Of a stretch of DNA of 64,000 nt, positions 21,659 through 31,839 are shown piece after piece. The translations under genes and the position numbers were made by a program. The notes beneath the pieces were generated by a model. It was not told where the DNA came from. It saw only the letters and a program-made list of their open reading frames with translations, and made no database searches. Location: the sequence record SRR31156797_2770; one strand, written 5' to 3'. Position 1 is the first letter of the stretch; each line of letters begins with the position of its first letter.

Positions 21659-21815
21659 AGGTTTCCCCTCTTTTCTCAATGATTCTTGCCGCTGCTTCTT
21701 GTAAACGACACTCTGGTTCTATTTTATCATTCTATCAGTAAAGTTACTACCTTCGCCAATAGAAGTCCTCATTCTTTTTCGTTTGTGTTATTATTTTACT
21801 AAGGAGGGATTTTTA

Positions 21816-23516
21816 ATGAAATTTTCAGCATACACGTATCAACGCCCTGATTTTCCAGTCTATCAAGAAACATTCAAAAAAGCATTAGCAAACCTTCAGT
21901 CAGCCGATACCTTCTCGGAGGCGAAGCAAGCTCTTGATGCTTTGAACGAACTAAGAGGAACGATCGATACCGCAATGAACTTGGCTTCGATCCGTTATTC
22001 GATCGATACCAACGATGCCTTTTATGAAACAGAAGATACCTTCTGGAATGAATACCAGCCTCATTTTGAAGCTCTGGATTTTCAATTCTATCAAGCACTC
22101 TTGGCTTCACCGGTCTTAGATGAATTAAAAGCCGAATATCCAGAAACACTTTTCTTGTTTGCCGAAAGCCGCGTGAAGCTTTTTGATGATGCCTTGATCG
22201 AATTGTTTCAAAAAGAAAACCAATTGGCTTCCGATTACAGCAAATTGGTCGCTTCTGCCCAAATCGACTTCCAAGGAGAAACCTATACCCTCGCACAACT
22301 GCGACCATTTACCGAAAATAAAGATCGCAGCGTTCGTAAAGAAGCATTTGAAAAACAAACGGCTTTCTTCACGGAAAATGAAGAACGTTTTGACCAAATT
22401 TATGACGAGATGGTCAAGGTTCGTACTAAGATCGCCCACAAGCTCGGCTTTGAAAATTATGTTGCCTTTGCGGATACCCAAATGAATCGTTGGGACTATG
22501 ATCGTTCAATGATCGAGACCTATCGTCGGGAAATTTTAGAAAAAGTCGTCCCAATTACCCAAAAGCTGTACCAAAGACAGGCGCAGCGTAATCAATTGAC
22601 TCAGGCAACCTTTACCGACTTGCCACTTGTTTATCCTAGTGGTAACGCAGAGCCTAAAGGAACTCCTGAAGAACTAGTAGAAAAAGCCCGTGTGATGTAT
22701 CAGGAACTATCCCCTGAAACTGGCGAATTTTTTGATTTTATGGTCGAGCATGACCTACTTGATCTACTAAGCAAAAAAGGCAAACAATCTGGCGGCTACT
22801 GTACCTTTATCCAAGACTATCAAGCGCCATTTATCTTTGCCAACTTTAACGGTACTTCGGGCGATGTCGATGTTTTGACCCACGAAGCTGGCCACGCCTT
22901 TCAAGCCTTTCGCTCTCGTTGGATCAAAGAACCGGAAATTCTCTTTCCCAATTATGAATCTTGCGAGATCCATTCAATGTCGATGGAGTTTATCGCCTGG
23001 CCATGGATGGATGCCTTTTTCGAAGAAGAAACAGAAAAATACAAATTTGCGCATCTTGCTAGCAGCCTGCAATTTCTGCCTTATGGCGTTTTAGTGGATC
23101 ACTTCCAACAAGAGGTTTATGAGCATCCTGAGTGGTCACCAGCACAGCGCAAAGCCCGTTGGCGGGAATTAGAGCGCCAATACTGTCCAGAACGGGATTA
23201 TTCAGAGTATCCAGACCTTGATCGTGGCTTGTATTGGTTCAGACAGGGGCATATTTTTGAATCACCTTTCTACTATATCGATTACACATTGGCACAAGTG
23301 TGTGCGTTCCAATTTTGGTATCGATTCATCGTGGCAAAAGACGAAACCGCTTGGCAAGATTATTTGGCCATTTGCGAAGTCGGCGGCACGAAAACATTTC
23401 TTGAGATCCTGGCTCTGGCTCATCTACGTTCACCTTTTGAAAAAGGAGCGCTTGATGAAACGTTACAGGCAGTAGATACGTATCTGTCAGCCATCAAAGA
23501 AGAACAGTTAAACTAA
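21816..23516 (+). CDS. M3-family oligoendopeptidase
   Basis: HEAGH zinc motif, EIHSMSME, PFYYIDY; ATG at 21816 after AAGGAGG. Confidence 0.9.
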   Translation: MKFSAYTYQRPDFPVYQETFKKALANLQSADTFSEAKQALDALNELRGTIDTAMNLASIRYSIDTNDAFYETEDTFWNEYQPHFEALDFQFYQALLASPVLDELKAEYPETLFLFAESRVKLFDDALIELFQKENQLASDYSKLVASAQIDFQGETYTLAQLRPFTENKDRSVRKEAFEKQTAFFTENEERFDQIYDEMVKVRTKIAHKLGFENYVAFADTQMNRWDYDRSMIETYRREILEKVVPITQKLYQRQAQRNQLTQATFTDLPLVYPSGNAEPKGTPEELVEKARVMYQELSPETGEFFDFMVEHDLLDLLSKKGKQSGGYCTFIQDYQAPFIFANFNGTSGDVDVLTHEAGHAFQAFRSRWIKEPEILFPNYESCEIHSMSMEFIAWPWMDAFFEEETEKYKFAHLASSLQFLPYGVLVDHFQQEVYEHPEWSPAQRKARWRELERQYCPERDYSEYPDLDRGLYWFRQGHIFESPFYYIDYTLAQVCAFQFWYRFIVAKDETAWQDYLAICEVGGTKTFLEILALAHLRSPFEKGALDETLQAVDTYLSAIKEEQLN

Positions 23517-23581
23517 AAAAAGACGTTTCCGTTTCTCCACTAGCTTCGTAGCTAGTAGGAGAAAACGTGAAACGTCTTTTT
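23515..23581. terminator. Bidirectional terminator
   Basis: AAAAAGACGTTTC...GAAACGTCTTTTT long stem between convergent genes. Confidence 0.75.
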
Positions 23582-23939
23582 AACGTGAATATTTTTCGAT
23601 ATGGTGTTCGGTCACGATCATATTGATCACTGACATGATCAGTGCCACTAATAAAGCAGCCCCAAACGAGGAAAAGCCGAAGTTGGCTGACCCAACAAAA
23701 TACGAAGTCAAATTCAGCATGAGCGCATTGATCACAAAGGTGAAAAACCCAAGCGTCAGTAAAGTCAATGGAAATGAAATGACGATCAGAATTGGTTTAA
23801 TCAAAGCATTCAGGATCGACAGTACAAAACTGGCGATCACTGCAGTCATAATACTTTGAACGTGGATCATATTTGGTAATAGAACCGCCAATGTGACAAA
23901 CGTCAGTGTATTCATGATAAGCCGTTGAAAATAAGACAC
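23580..23939 (-). CDS. liaZ: LiaZ/YvlD four-TM membrane protein (phage-holin-4 family; chromosomal)
   Basis: NALIKPIL...PLTLLTLGFFTFVINA motif; third gene of liaXYZ. Confidence 0.8.
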   Translation of the reverse strand: MSYFQRLIMNTLTFVTLAVLLPNMIHVQSIMTAVIASFVLSILNALIKPILIVISFPLTLLTLGFFTFVINALMLNLTSYFVGSANFGFSSFGAALLVALIMSVINMIVTEHHIEKYSR

Positions 23940-24247
23940 TAGAAGTCACTCCAGTCCTCATCCTCTACCTTTTCCGCTTCTTTACGGGGACGATTTGCTT
24001 CATTGTATTTGTTTTGTTTGTAATATCGATTGTCATGACCATATCCTGAGGTGCTCTTGCGTCCTGAAGGAATCAAGACCGCCATGATGATATATAAAGT
24101 GATTCCAGGAAACGCAGCAGTCACTAAAGATAGAAAGACATAGATCACGCGAACGATAGTTGGATCAATTCGTAAGTATTCTGCCAGACCCCCTAGAGTC
24201 CCTGTAATGACAACGTTATTGGCTGATTTTGTTAATTTTTTGTTCAT
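23939..24247 (-). CDS. liaY: PspC-domain protein
   Basis: GTLGGLAEYLRIDPTIVR...LYIIMAVLIP. Confidence 0.85.
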   Translation of the reverse strand: MNKKLTKSANNVVITGTLGGLAEYLRIDPTIVRVIYVFLSLVTAAFPGITLYIIMAVLIPSGRKSTSGYGHDNRYYKQNKYNEANRPRKEAEKVEDEDWSDF

Positions 24248-24296
24248 TTATCTACACCTTCCTTCTTTTCTTTAATGAGTGTATACTCAACTATTC

Positions 24297-25859
24297 TTAT
24301 TTATCTGTATCTTTGATAAAGACATTTCCTGTTGTTGTGGATAGATCGATTTGTGCGACTTTATCGGCAACCCGACGGAATTGCAATAGTTGGTTTAGGC
24401 GTTCTTTTTTCTCCCGTACAACTTCCATCTCACTTAAGCGATTGTTAATGCTACCTAAACTTGTTTTGGCGATCCCTTCAAAACCGATCCCTGCAGGTAA
24501 TGCTACTTTAACATTGCCATTTACAGAGCTGGCGTTTAATTTTTGGACCGTTTCTTCTTTGTAGGTCACACGGATATTGCCGTTTACTAAAGAAATACCG
24601 GTGTTTTGTGGTGTGGCTGTCAACGTCACGTCGCCATTCACTGTTTCGATGATGGCATCTAAAATCTCACCCTCTTGAACAGTGATCGTTCCATTCACGC
24701 CTTCAATCTCTAACATCGATGCGTTTACTTTGCGGAAATCGATATTGCCATTTGTTGATTTTGTATAAACATCTTTTGCATCCAATTCATTGAATGTAAC
24801 ATTTCCGTTCAATAGTTTTACTGCCACATGATCATAGGTACGTTTTGGTAAATAGAAAACCAGATCGGCACGAATGCGTTTGTTTGGAATTTGGAAGGAG
24901 ATGCGTTCATCATCGACATTGATTTGGCTTCTTGCTTCAAAAGCATCGAAAGGCTCCGCCGCATCCATTTTACCATATAGTTTGATTTTGGCATCTACTT
25001 TGACACCTGGTTCATCCCATAATTGGAAGGAAACATTGCCGTTGGCTAACTTCACATCGATCAATGTCGCTGCCGTTTCGTCATAGCTGAATGTGTGTTC
25101 AAATTTCGTCGCTGCAACACCGGGAACTTTCAAGTTGATATCTTTCCATTCCATGTTGTCGTTAACAGAATCCGTTACTGCTCGAACCGTTTTCTTCAAG
25201 AAGTGTCCGAAGTGGGTGCTGGCATCGACCATTTTTTCACTTACTTGATTGATAGTATCGGTCGCTTGCTCTTTCCAATCTTCTGGAATATCTAATTTTT
25301 GAGAGATTTTCTCTTTCGTTTGAGACCATTGGTCTTTGCGAATATTTTTTAGTTTTGCTTCCAATTCTGCTTTTTCTTCGGTTAAGCCATCTAACGTTTC
25401 TTCTAAGCCAGTAATGGTCGCTTCTGTTTCATGACGTGTTGCCAATTCCTCTTCTGACAATTGATCCAATTCTTCTTTGGTATTCAATTGCATCAGAGTT
25501 TCTTGCGCTTCTTTTAATTCTTCTTTGACGCCAAGAATTTCAGCATTGATTTCGTCCAACTCAGCAGATGCTTGGTTGGCTTCCGTTGCTAAGCCATCAA
25601 GAATCTTTTCAAGATTTTCTTTGTCTTGCGCTTCGTTTTGACGAAGTTTTTCTTCGCCGTCAAACGTGAACATCTCATCGTCATTTTCAGTATCATCAAA
25701 TGGGCTTGTCGCATTCTTATCCGCGGTTACCTCAGCAGCAGCTTTGTTAATTTGTTTTTCGTCTTTGGCTTTTGCCATACCTTCTAGTAAATCTAAGGCT
25801 TCTTCTGTAGAAAGCACACCTTTTTTTACTAGATCCAATATACGTTCTCTTTCGTTCAT
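24297..25859 (-). CDS. liaX: LiaX (helical N-domain + DUF4097 beta domain)
   Basis: MNERERILDLVKKGVLSTEEALDLLE start; repeated NG beta motifs in C-terminal half; ATG at 25859. Confidence 0.88.
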   Translation of the reverse strand: MNERERILDLVKKGVLSTEEALDLLEGMAKAKDEKQINKAAAEVTADKNATSPFDDTENDDEMFTFDGEEKLRQNEAQDKENLEKILDGLATEANQASAELDEINAEILGVKEELKEAQETLMQLNTKEELDQLSEEELATRHETEATITGLEETLDGLTEEKAELEAKLKNIRKDQWSQTKEKISQKLDIPEDWKEQATDTINQVSEKMVDASTHFGHFLKKTVRAVTDSVNDNMEWKDINLKVPGVAATKFEHTFSYDETAATLIDVKLANGNVSFQLWDEPGVKVDAKIKLYGKMDAAEPFDAFEARSQINVDDERISFQIPNKRIRADLVFYLPKRTYDHVAVKLLNGNVTFNELDAKDVYTKSTNGNIDFRKVNASMLEIEGVNGTITVQEGEILDAIIETVNGDVTLTATPQNTGISLVNGNIRVTYKEETVQKLNASSVNGNVKVALPAGIGFEGIAKTSLGSINNRLSEMEVVREKKERLNQLLQFRRVADKVAQIDLSTTTGNVFIKDTDK

Positions 25860-25939
25860 GGAAATTGCCTCCTTCAGCAAATGTGTGATTGCAAGTTTAG
25901 CTTACGAACCTATTATGCCTTGTTTTTGCAAAAGTGTCA

Positions 25940-25979
25940 TAGGTCTTAAGTACCAAGTTTTTCTCAATCTGCAGATTGG
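25940..25979. promoter_or_regulatory. Two putative LiaR boxes
   Basis: TAGGTCTTAAGTACCA fits T-N4-C-N4-G-N4-A; second near-match TCAATCTGCAGATTGG at 25964-25979. Confidence 0.65.
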
Positions 25980-26278
25980 CAAGCAGAACCGGCACTTTTC
26001 TTCATTACTTTAGGCACAAAACGATCTTCCTTATCTTAACAGTACCACGAAAAACCATTGGAAACAAAAGTTTCAGCTAATAGCAGCCTTGAGGAATAGG
26101 CCTGCTAGAGTAAATGATCTATTGTTCATTTCACTGCGTCGGGGATGAAAAGAGCAGAAGGTTCAACTTGAAAAATTCGGGTACGATAGAATCGATTTCC
26201 ATTGTCCATCTTTAGGGAAGCCATTTTATAATTTGTCTATCTTGTTCACGTCATCTATTTCAGTGATTCTTCCAAATC

Positions 26279-26332
26279 AAAAAGACCGCCGAGAGAAGTT
26301 ACTCCTTAAAGGTCAACTTCTTTCGGCGGTCT
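26279..26332 (-). terminator. Terminator after phoU
   Basis: AGACCGCCGA...TCGGCGGTCT stem with T-tract on minus strand. Confidence 0.75.
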
Positions 26333-26382
26333 GTCCCATCTCTTTTAAAAGAGATAAGTGATCAAGAACCTAAGCTGGTTTC

Positions 26383-27060
26383 TTAAATCATTTCCGTACG
26401 GTTTGTATTCAATTCACTGATTTTCCCAGTAGCAAGATACACGATCCATTCACAAATATTCGTTACGTAGTCACCGATACGTTCTAAGTACTGTGCAACA
26501 GATAAATAATCGGTTCCACTAACAACGGTTTCCGGATTTTCTTTCATACTCTCGATCGTTTTGTAATAGATGTCTTTGTAATACTCATTGACCCGATCAT
26601 CCATTTGGGCAATCATACGGGCATCTTCTTGGTCAGTTTTTACATAGGCAACTAAAACATTATCGACCATTTTCTTCACATAATCCGACATATCAGAAAT
26701 TTCTTTTTCGATTTCGGCGATCCGTGTTTCACCTTTGACCCGAATCGTTGACTTCGCGATCGATACTGCATGGTCTCCCATTCGTTCCAAGTCAGAGCTG
26801 GCTTTCATTACAGTAATGATCATTCGTAGATCGGTGGTTACTGGTTGCTGCAAAGCAATCATTTCAAAGCTCTTTTTCTCCAAACGAACTTCCATATTGT
26901 TGATCGCCAAATCATTTTCAATCACTTCTTGAGCAATTGCTTTATCATGTCTGACATATGCTCGTACGGATTTGTGGATCGCGCTGCTGACTAGCATCCC
27001 CATCTCATAAAATTGATTGTGTAGATTTAATAATTCTTCTTCAAACTGTGTACGCAACAT
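26383..27060 (-). CDS. phoU: Phosphate signalling protein PhoU
   Basis: ALQQPVTTDLR, DLERMGDHA, LERIGDYVTNICE. Confidence 0.96.
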   Translation of the reverse strand: MLRTQFEEELLNLHNQFYEMGMLVSSAIHKSVRAYVRHDKAIAQEVIENDLAINNMEVRLEKKSFEMIALQQPVTTDLRMIITVMKASSDLERMGDHAVSIAKSTIRVKGETRIAEIEKEISDMSDYVKKMVDNVLVAYVKTDQEDARMIAQMDDRVNEYYKDIYYKTIESMKENPETVVSGTDYLSVAQYLERIGDYVTNICEWIVYLATGKISELNTNRTEMI

Positions 27061-27071
27061 CCCTTTTCCTC

Positions 27072-27830
27072 CTAACCAAATCTTCCTGAGATATAATCTT
27101 CTGTTTCTTTTTTGCTTGGACTTAGGAACACTTTTTTCGTGTCATTAAACTCGATCAAGTTGCCGTCCAAAAAGAACGCGGTTTTATCTGAGATTCTTGA
27201 AGCTTGTGACATGTTGTGAGTCACGATGATCATGGTATAGCGTTCTTTCAGTGCCAAAAGGGTATTCTCGATTTTCCCAGATGAAATTGGGTCTAACGCA
27301 CTGGTTGGTTCATCCAGCAAAATGATTTCTGGATCGACAGCCAATACCCGAGCGATGCATACCCGCTGCTGTTGTCCACCGGATAAAGATAGCGCACTTT
27401 GGTGAAGCTTATCTTTGACATCTTCCCAGACAGACGCTGCTTTCAAGCTTTCCTCTACCGTCTTATCAAGAATCGCCTTGTCCGTGACTCCTTTTAATTT
27501 TAACCCATAAATCACATTTTCGTAAATTGAAAAGGGAAATGGATTCGGTTGCTGAAAAACCATTCCGATTTCTTTACGCAAATCAACGATGTCTTGCTTC
27601 GGACTATAAATGTCTTTCCCTTTATAGACAACACTTCCTGTAATTGTCACACCAGGGATCAAATCATTCATTCGATTAAGAGAACGCAAGTAGGTCGATT
27701 TCCCACAACCTGAAGGACCGATCATCGCAGTGATCTCGCCTTTTTTGATGGAAAGGTCGATTCCTTTTAATGCTTCTTTTTTTCCGTAGTATAAATGCAG
27801 ATCTTTCGATGTAATAATTTCTTCTGCCAT
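27072..27830 (-). CDS. pstB: Phosphate ABC ATP-binding protein
   Basis: [32 protein letters not shown] at 27830. Confidence 0.95.
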   Translation of the reverse strand: MAEEIITSKDLHLYYGKKEALKGIDLSIKKGEITAMIGPSGCGKSTYLRSLNRMNDLIPGVTITGSVVYKGKDIYSPKQDIVDLRKEIGMVFQQPNPFPFSIYENVIYGLKLKGVTDKAILDKTVEESLKAASVWEDVKDKLHQSALSLSGGQQQRVCIARVLAVDPEIILLDEPTSALDPISSGKIENTLLALKERYTMIIVTHNMSQASRISDKTAFFLDGNLIEFNDTKKVFLSPSKKETEDYISGRFG

Positions 27831-27861
27831 TGTTTTGCCTCCGTTTACTGATCGAATCGGC

Positions 27862-28668
27862 TCAGCCAAAATGACCGGATACGTAATCTTCTGTTGCTTT
27901 AATTTTTGGACGAGTAAATATCTTACGGGTCTCATCGTACTCGATCGCATTTCCTAAGTAGAAAAAGGCGGTATAATCGCTGATCCGAGCAGCTTGCTGC
28001 ATGTTGTGGGTCACGATGATGATTGAATAGTCGTTTTTCAAGTTGATAAGAGTTTCTTCCACTGTCCCGGTTGAGATGGGGTCAAGGGCACTAGCTGGTT
28101 CATCTAGAAGCAAAATATCTGGTTTCATCGCAATTGCTCGAGCGATACACAGACGTTGCTGCTGTCCACCGGACAATGCCAAAGCACTTTTGTCTAAGCT
28201 GTCCTTTACTTGATCCCAAAGTGCGGCTTGTTTCAAGCTGGTTTCGACTGCTTCATCCAATTTCTTTTTGTTTCTTTCTCCATGACGTCGCAAAGCAAAG
28301 GCGATGTTGTCATAGATCGATTTACTGAAAGGGTTTGGTCGTTGGAAAACCATGCCGATCCGCTTACGCATTTCGAAGACATCGACTTCTTTCGTGTTCA
28401 CGTCGACCCCTTTGTACATGATGTTTCCTGTGACTCTCGTATTTGCGATTCCGTCATTCATTCGATTCAAGGAACGCAGATACGTTGATTTTCCGCAACC
28501 AGAGGGACCGATCAATGCGGTGATTTTATTCTTTTCAAATTGTAGATCAATGCCTTTGATGGCTTCATTTGATCCATACCATACATGCAAGTCAGTGGTA
28601 TAAAGCGCCACATCTTCTGGTTTATCGAAGGTAATGATATTTCGATCATCCCAATTGTAATCGTTCAT
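27862..28668 (-). CDS. pstB: Phosphate ABC ATP-binding protein (second copy)
   Basis: [23 protein letters not shown]. Confidence 0.95.
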   Translation of the reverse strand: MNDYNWDDRNIITFDKPEDVALYTTDLHVWYGSNEAIKGIDLQFEKNKITALIGPSGCGKSTYLRSLNRMNDGIANTRVTGNIMYKGVDVNTKEVDVFEMRKRIGMVFQRPNPFSKSIYDNIAFALRRHGERNKKKLDEAVETSLKQAALWDQVKDSLDKSALALSGGQQQRLCIARAIAMKPDILLLDEPASALDPISTGTVEETLINLKNDYSIIIVTHNMQQAARISDYTAFFYLGNAIEYDETRKIFTRPKIKATEDYVSGHFG

Positions 28669-28681
28669 ACTGTCATTCTCC

Positions 28682-29566
28682 TTATGCTGACGTCATTTTC
28701 TTGTACAACCGTTTGCCAGCTGCACGGGCGCCAAAGTTAAATAGCAAGACGGCAATGATCAATACTGCCGAAGCTCCAGCTGAAACTTGTGCGCCATCAG
28801 GCATCGTGCCCTCTGTATTGATTTTCCAAATATGGACTGCCAGCGTCTCCGCTTGTCGGAAAAGACCGATCGGGCTGGAAACACTCAATGGATTCCAGTT
28901 TGTAAAATCAAGGGCCGGTGCACTTTGTCCTGCAGTATAGATCAGCGCTGCCGCTTCACCAAAAATCCGACCAGAACTTAGAATGACCCCAGTCAAAATC
29001 CCTGGTGTTGCTTCTGGAACAATGATGCGTGTGACCGTTTCCCAACGTGACAACCCAAGAGACAAGCCTGCTTCACGTTGCGTGTAATGAATCGCTTGAA
29101 GTGATTCTTCTACATTTCTCGTCAATAGTGGCAAATTGAAGAAGGTCAATGCCAAGGCACCAGAAATAATTGAAAAGCCATAACCAAACTGAATAACAAA
29201 GACTAAGAAACCAAAGAGACCGACAACCACTGAAGGCAGTGAGCTCAAAATCTCGATCGATGTCCGAATGATATCCGTTAACCAGTTTTTCTTTGCATAC
29301 TCTGATAAGTAGATCCCCGCTCCTAAAGAAATCGGGAAGCTAATGATCATTGTTACTAAAAGCAAGTAAAGGGAATTGAACAATTGGATGCCGATCCCGC
29401 CGCCTTCTTGATACGCTTTTGAAGAAGAGGTCAGAAATTCCCAGCTAATGTGAGGAACCCCCCGAACCAAAATGTACAGTAATAAGGAAGCCAAAATCAA
29501 AACAATGATTCCAGCAACGGCATACAAGACGCCGGTAGCAATTTTATCTGAACGTTTTGCATTCAT
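28682..29566 (-). CDS. pstA: Phosphate ABC permease
   Basis: [27 protein letters not shown]. Confidence 0.94.
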   Translation of the reverse strand: MNAKRSDKIATGVLYAVAGIIVLILASLLLYILVRGVPHISWEFLTSSSKAYQEGGGIGIQLFNSLYLLLVTMIISFPISLGAGIYLSEYAKKNWLTDIIRTSIEILSSLPSVVVGLFGFLVFVIQFGYGFSIISGALALTFFNLPLLTRNVEESLQAIHYTQREAGLSLGLSRWETVTRIIVPEATPGILTGVILSSGRIFGEAAALIYTAGQSAPALDFTNWNPLSVSSPIGLFRQAETLAVHIWKINTEGTMPDGAQVSAGASAVLIIAVLLFNFGARAAGKRLYKKMTSA

Positions 29567-30486
29567 TATTTCAAGGCTCCTTTCTTCCCAATAAAGCGAA
29601 TAACAATGTTAAATAGTAAGGACATCAATAACAAGATCAAGGCTAATGACCATAAAACATTATTTTGGACTGTCCCCATGATCGTATTTCCGATACCCAT
29701 CGTTAGGATAGAAGTCAATGTTGAAGCTGGTGTCACTAAGCTAGTTGGCATCAATGCCGCATTACCAATAACCATTTGAATCGCCAATGCTTCACCAAAC
29801 GCCCGCGCCATTCCAAAAACAACCGCTGTTAAAATACCAGGAACAGCTGCTCGTAAAACAACTTTGTAAATCGTTTGCCAGCGAGTCGCACCTAAAGCTA
29901 ACGAAGCTTCACGATAATGCCGTGGAACTGCCCGCAAAGCGTCGACAGTCATCGTAGTCACTGTCGGTAAGATCATGATAAACAGGACAAACGTCCCTGC
30001 CAAGATCCCAAAACCAGTACCGCCAAAAACGGAGCGGACTGCTGGTACAACGACAGACAAACCGATGAATCCATAAACAACTGAAGGGATACCGACTAAA
30101 AGTTCGATGACCGGCTGCAAGATCTTCTCTCCATTACGAGGTGAGATTTCTACCATAAAGACGGCTGCACCGATGGCAAAAGGTGTTGCCACGATCGCTG
30201 ATAAGAACGTTACGAAGAACGATCCTAGAATCATCGGCAAGGCACCAACTAACGGTTGTCCATCAGGTCCCACAGCACTCGGATTCCATTGGGTACCAAA
30301 CAAAAAGTCAAACACATTGACTTTGTCTACAAAGAATGTCGCTAATCCTCGGCTAGCAACGAAATAAAAAATGGAGATCACAACCAAAACAATCAACGCG
30401 ATACAAAGAAAACTGATTAGTTTTCCTCTTTGTTCCATTCTTGCGCGCTTAGATTTTTTTGTTAACACTTCTTTTACATTTTCCAC
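29566..30486 (-). CDS. pstC: Phosphate ABC permease
   Basis: IPSVVYG, EASLALGATRW, ARAFGEALA; GTG start. Confidence 0.94.
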   Translation of the reverse strand: MENVKEVLTKKSKRARMEQRGKLISFLCIALIVLVVISIFYFVASRGLATFFVDKVNVFDFLFGTQWNPSAVGPDGQPLVGALPMILGSFFVTFLSAIVATPFAIGAAVFMVEISPRNGEKILQPVIELLVGIPSVVYGFIGLSVVVPAVRSVFGGTGFGILAGTFVLFIMILPTVTTMTVDALRAVPRHYREASLALGATRWQTIYKVVLRAAVPGILTAVVFGMARAFGEALAIQMVIGNAALMPTSLVTPASTLTSILTMGIGNTIMGTVQNNVLWSLALILLLMSLLFNIVIRFIGKKGALK

Positions 30487-30527
30487 GAGGGTTCCTCCTC
30501 AAAAATCAAACTAAACTCATAACCATT

Positions 30528-30581
30528 AGTTTATCGGTTCAACATCAATTTCTGTTAAAGCTTGTGTAAATTTTGTGTAAA
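30528..30581 (-). promoter_or_regulatory. PhoP-type promoter of pstC (four 11-bp-spaced hexamers and -10)
   Basis: Minus strand TTTACA-N5-TTTACA-N5-TTTAAC-N5-TTGATG-N9-TAAACT. Confidence 0.7.
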
Positions 30582-30583
30582 GA

Positions 30584-31441
30584 TTATTCAACAATGTTGC
30601 CTTCCCAGTCTCTTTCCACCTGCATGATGGAAATTGGAATATAGCCTAGATCCCCAACGATATGCTCTTGGACTTCGTCAGAAAGCATATATTCTAAAAA
30701 CTCAGCAGTTAATCCGGTTGGTTCTCCTTTTGTATACATATGCTCATACGCCCAAACTTTCCAATCATTCGTCGTCACATTTTCAATCGTAGGTTCAACG
30801 CCATCAATTGAAAGGACATTGACTTCATCAGTCACATAAGAAAATGCAACGTAGCTAATAGCCCCTGGTGTATCAGAAACGATCGAGCGTACCATCCCAC
30901 TAGAATCTTGCTCTTGAGAAGGAATAGCGGTTTCGCCATCCATGATCCATTTTTCAAACGTGCTTCTCGTACCACTACCTGTCGCCCGGTTCAATAAAAC
31001 GATCGGCAGATCATTTCCACCGACTTCGCTCCAATTGGTGATCTTTCCTAAGAAGATATTTTTTAGATCTTCTGTGGAAATGTCTGTGATACCAACTCCT
31101 TTGTTAACGATTGGTGTGATTCCCACCGTTGCCACCCGATGATCAACAAGGGCATCAGCATCGATTCCTGGCTTTTCTTCCGCAAACAAATCAGAATTTC
31201 CGATATCGACTGCACCGGCTTGGACTTGACTTAGTCCGGTTCCGCTTCCGCCTCCTTGGACATTGATGAACCGTCCTGGATTTGAGTTTTGAAATTCTTC
31301 TGCAACTGTTTCTACTAGCGGCTGCAAAGCAGAGGAACCGACTGCGGTGATCGATTCTCCTCTATCTGCCCAGCTTGCACATCCTGAGAGTAAAATAACC
31401 AATCCGATAATAGGACTTAGAAGTTTAAATTTTTTCATCAT
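30584..31441 (-). CDS. pstS: Phosphate-binding lipoprotein
   Basis: Lipobox LLSGC, GSSALQPL, GGGSGTG, SGTR; ATG at 31441 or 31438. Confidence 0.94.
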   Translation of the reverse strand: MMKKFKLLSPIIGLVILLSGCASWADRGESITAVGSSALQPLVETVAEEFQNSNPGRFINVQGGGSGTGLSQVQAGAVDIGNSDLFAEEKPGIDADALVDHRVATVGITPIVNKGVGITDISTEDLKNIFLGKITNWSEVGGNDLPIVLLNRATGSGTRSTFEKWIMDGETAIPSQEQDSSGMVRSIVSDTPGAISYVAFSYVTDEVNVLSIDGVEPTIENVTTNDWKVWAYEHMYTKGEPTGLTAEFLEYMLSDEVQEHIVGDLGYIPISIMQVERDWEGNIVE

Positions 31442-31672
31442 AACGCTCCTTGTACTTTCGTAAGTCATTGATCTTAAAAATCAATTATTTTCATTTTACC
31501 ATTAGTTGAATTTAATGAAAATTATTATTTGCTTTTTTTTCTGGAACAGCGTCCGTTCGTTTATTTAAAACGCTTTTTTTCTTTTTCAAAATAACTGTTT
31601 CGTAAAAAAAATGACAGAATTTCTTAATTAAATTACGTGCATCCAGAAGGTATGCTATGCTATACTGTGAGA

Positions 31673-31839
31673 GGAAACGTATTTTAAAAGAACATAATTA
31701 TTAATCTTGCTTCCCCAATCAAGTACAATATGTTGTTATGTTCAGCGTTTTCACGATTTCATCAACATTTCCCCAAAATGTCTGTTGAATCGAAACGGCA
31801 GAAAGAAGCATTTCTATGCATCTTCTGCCGTCTTTTTTT
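31673..31839 (+). ncRNA. Candidate ~165-nt small RNA with two C-rich loops
   Basis: TG-N-TATACT at 31658-31666; two hairpins presenting TTCCCCAA (31711-31718, 31769-31776); terminator 31795-31839 with T7 on plus strand. Confidence 0.55.

Noticed and set aside
23580-23939. Phage holin indicating a prophage
   Set aside because: It is the chromosomal YvlD/LiaZ gene; no phage genes nearby
26030-26270. Short ORFs between liaX and phoU (for example MASLKMDNG...)
   Set aside because: No RBS, recognisable motif or terminator
27072-28668. Two pstB genes as a recent duplication
   Set aside because: Tandem divergent pstB pairs are normal in Firmicute pst operons
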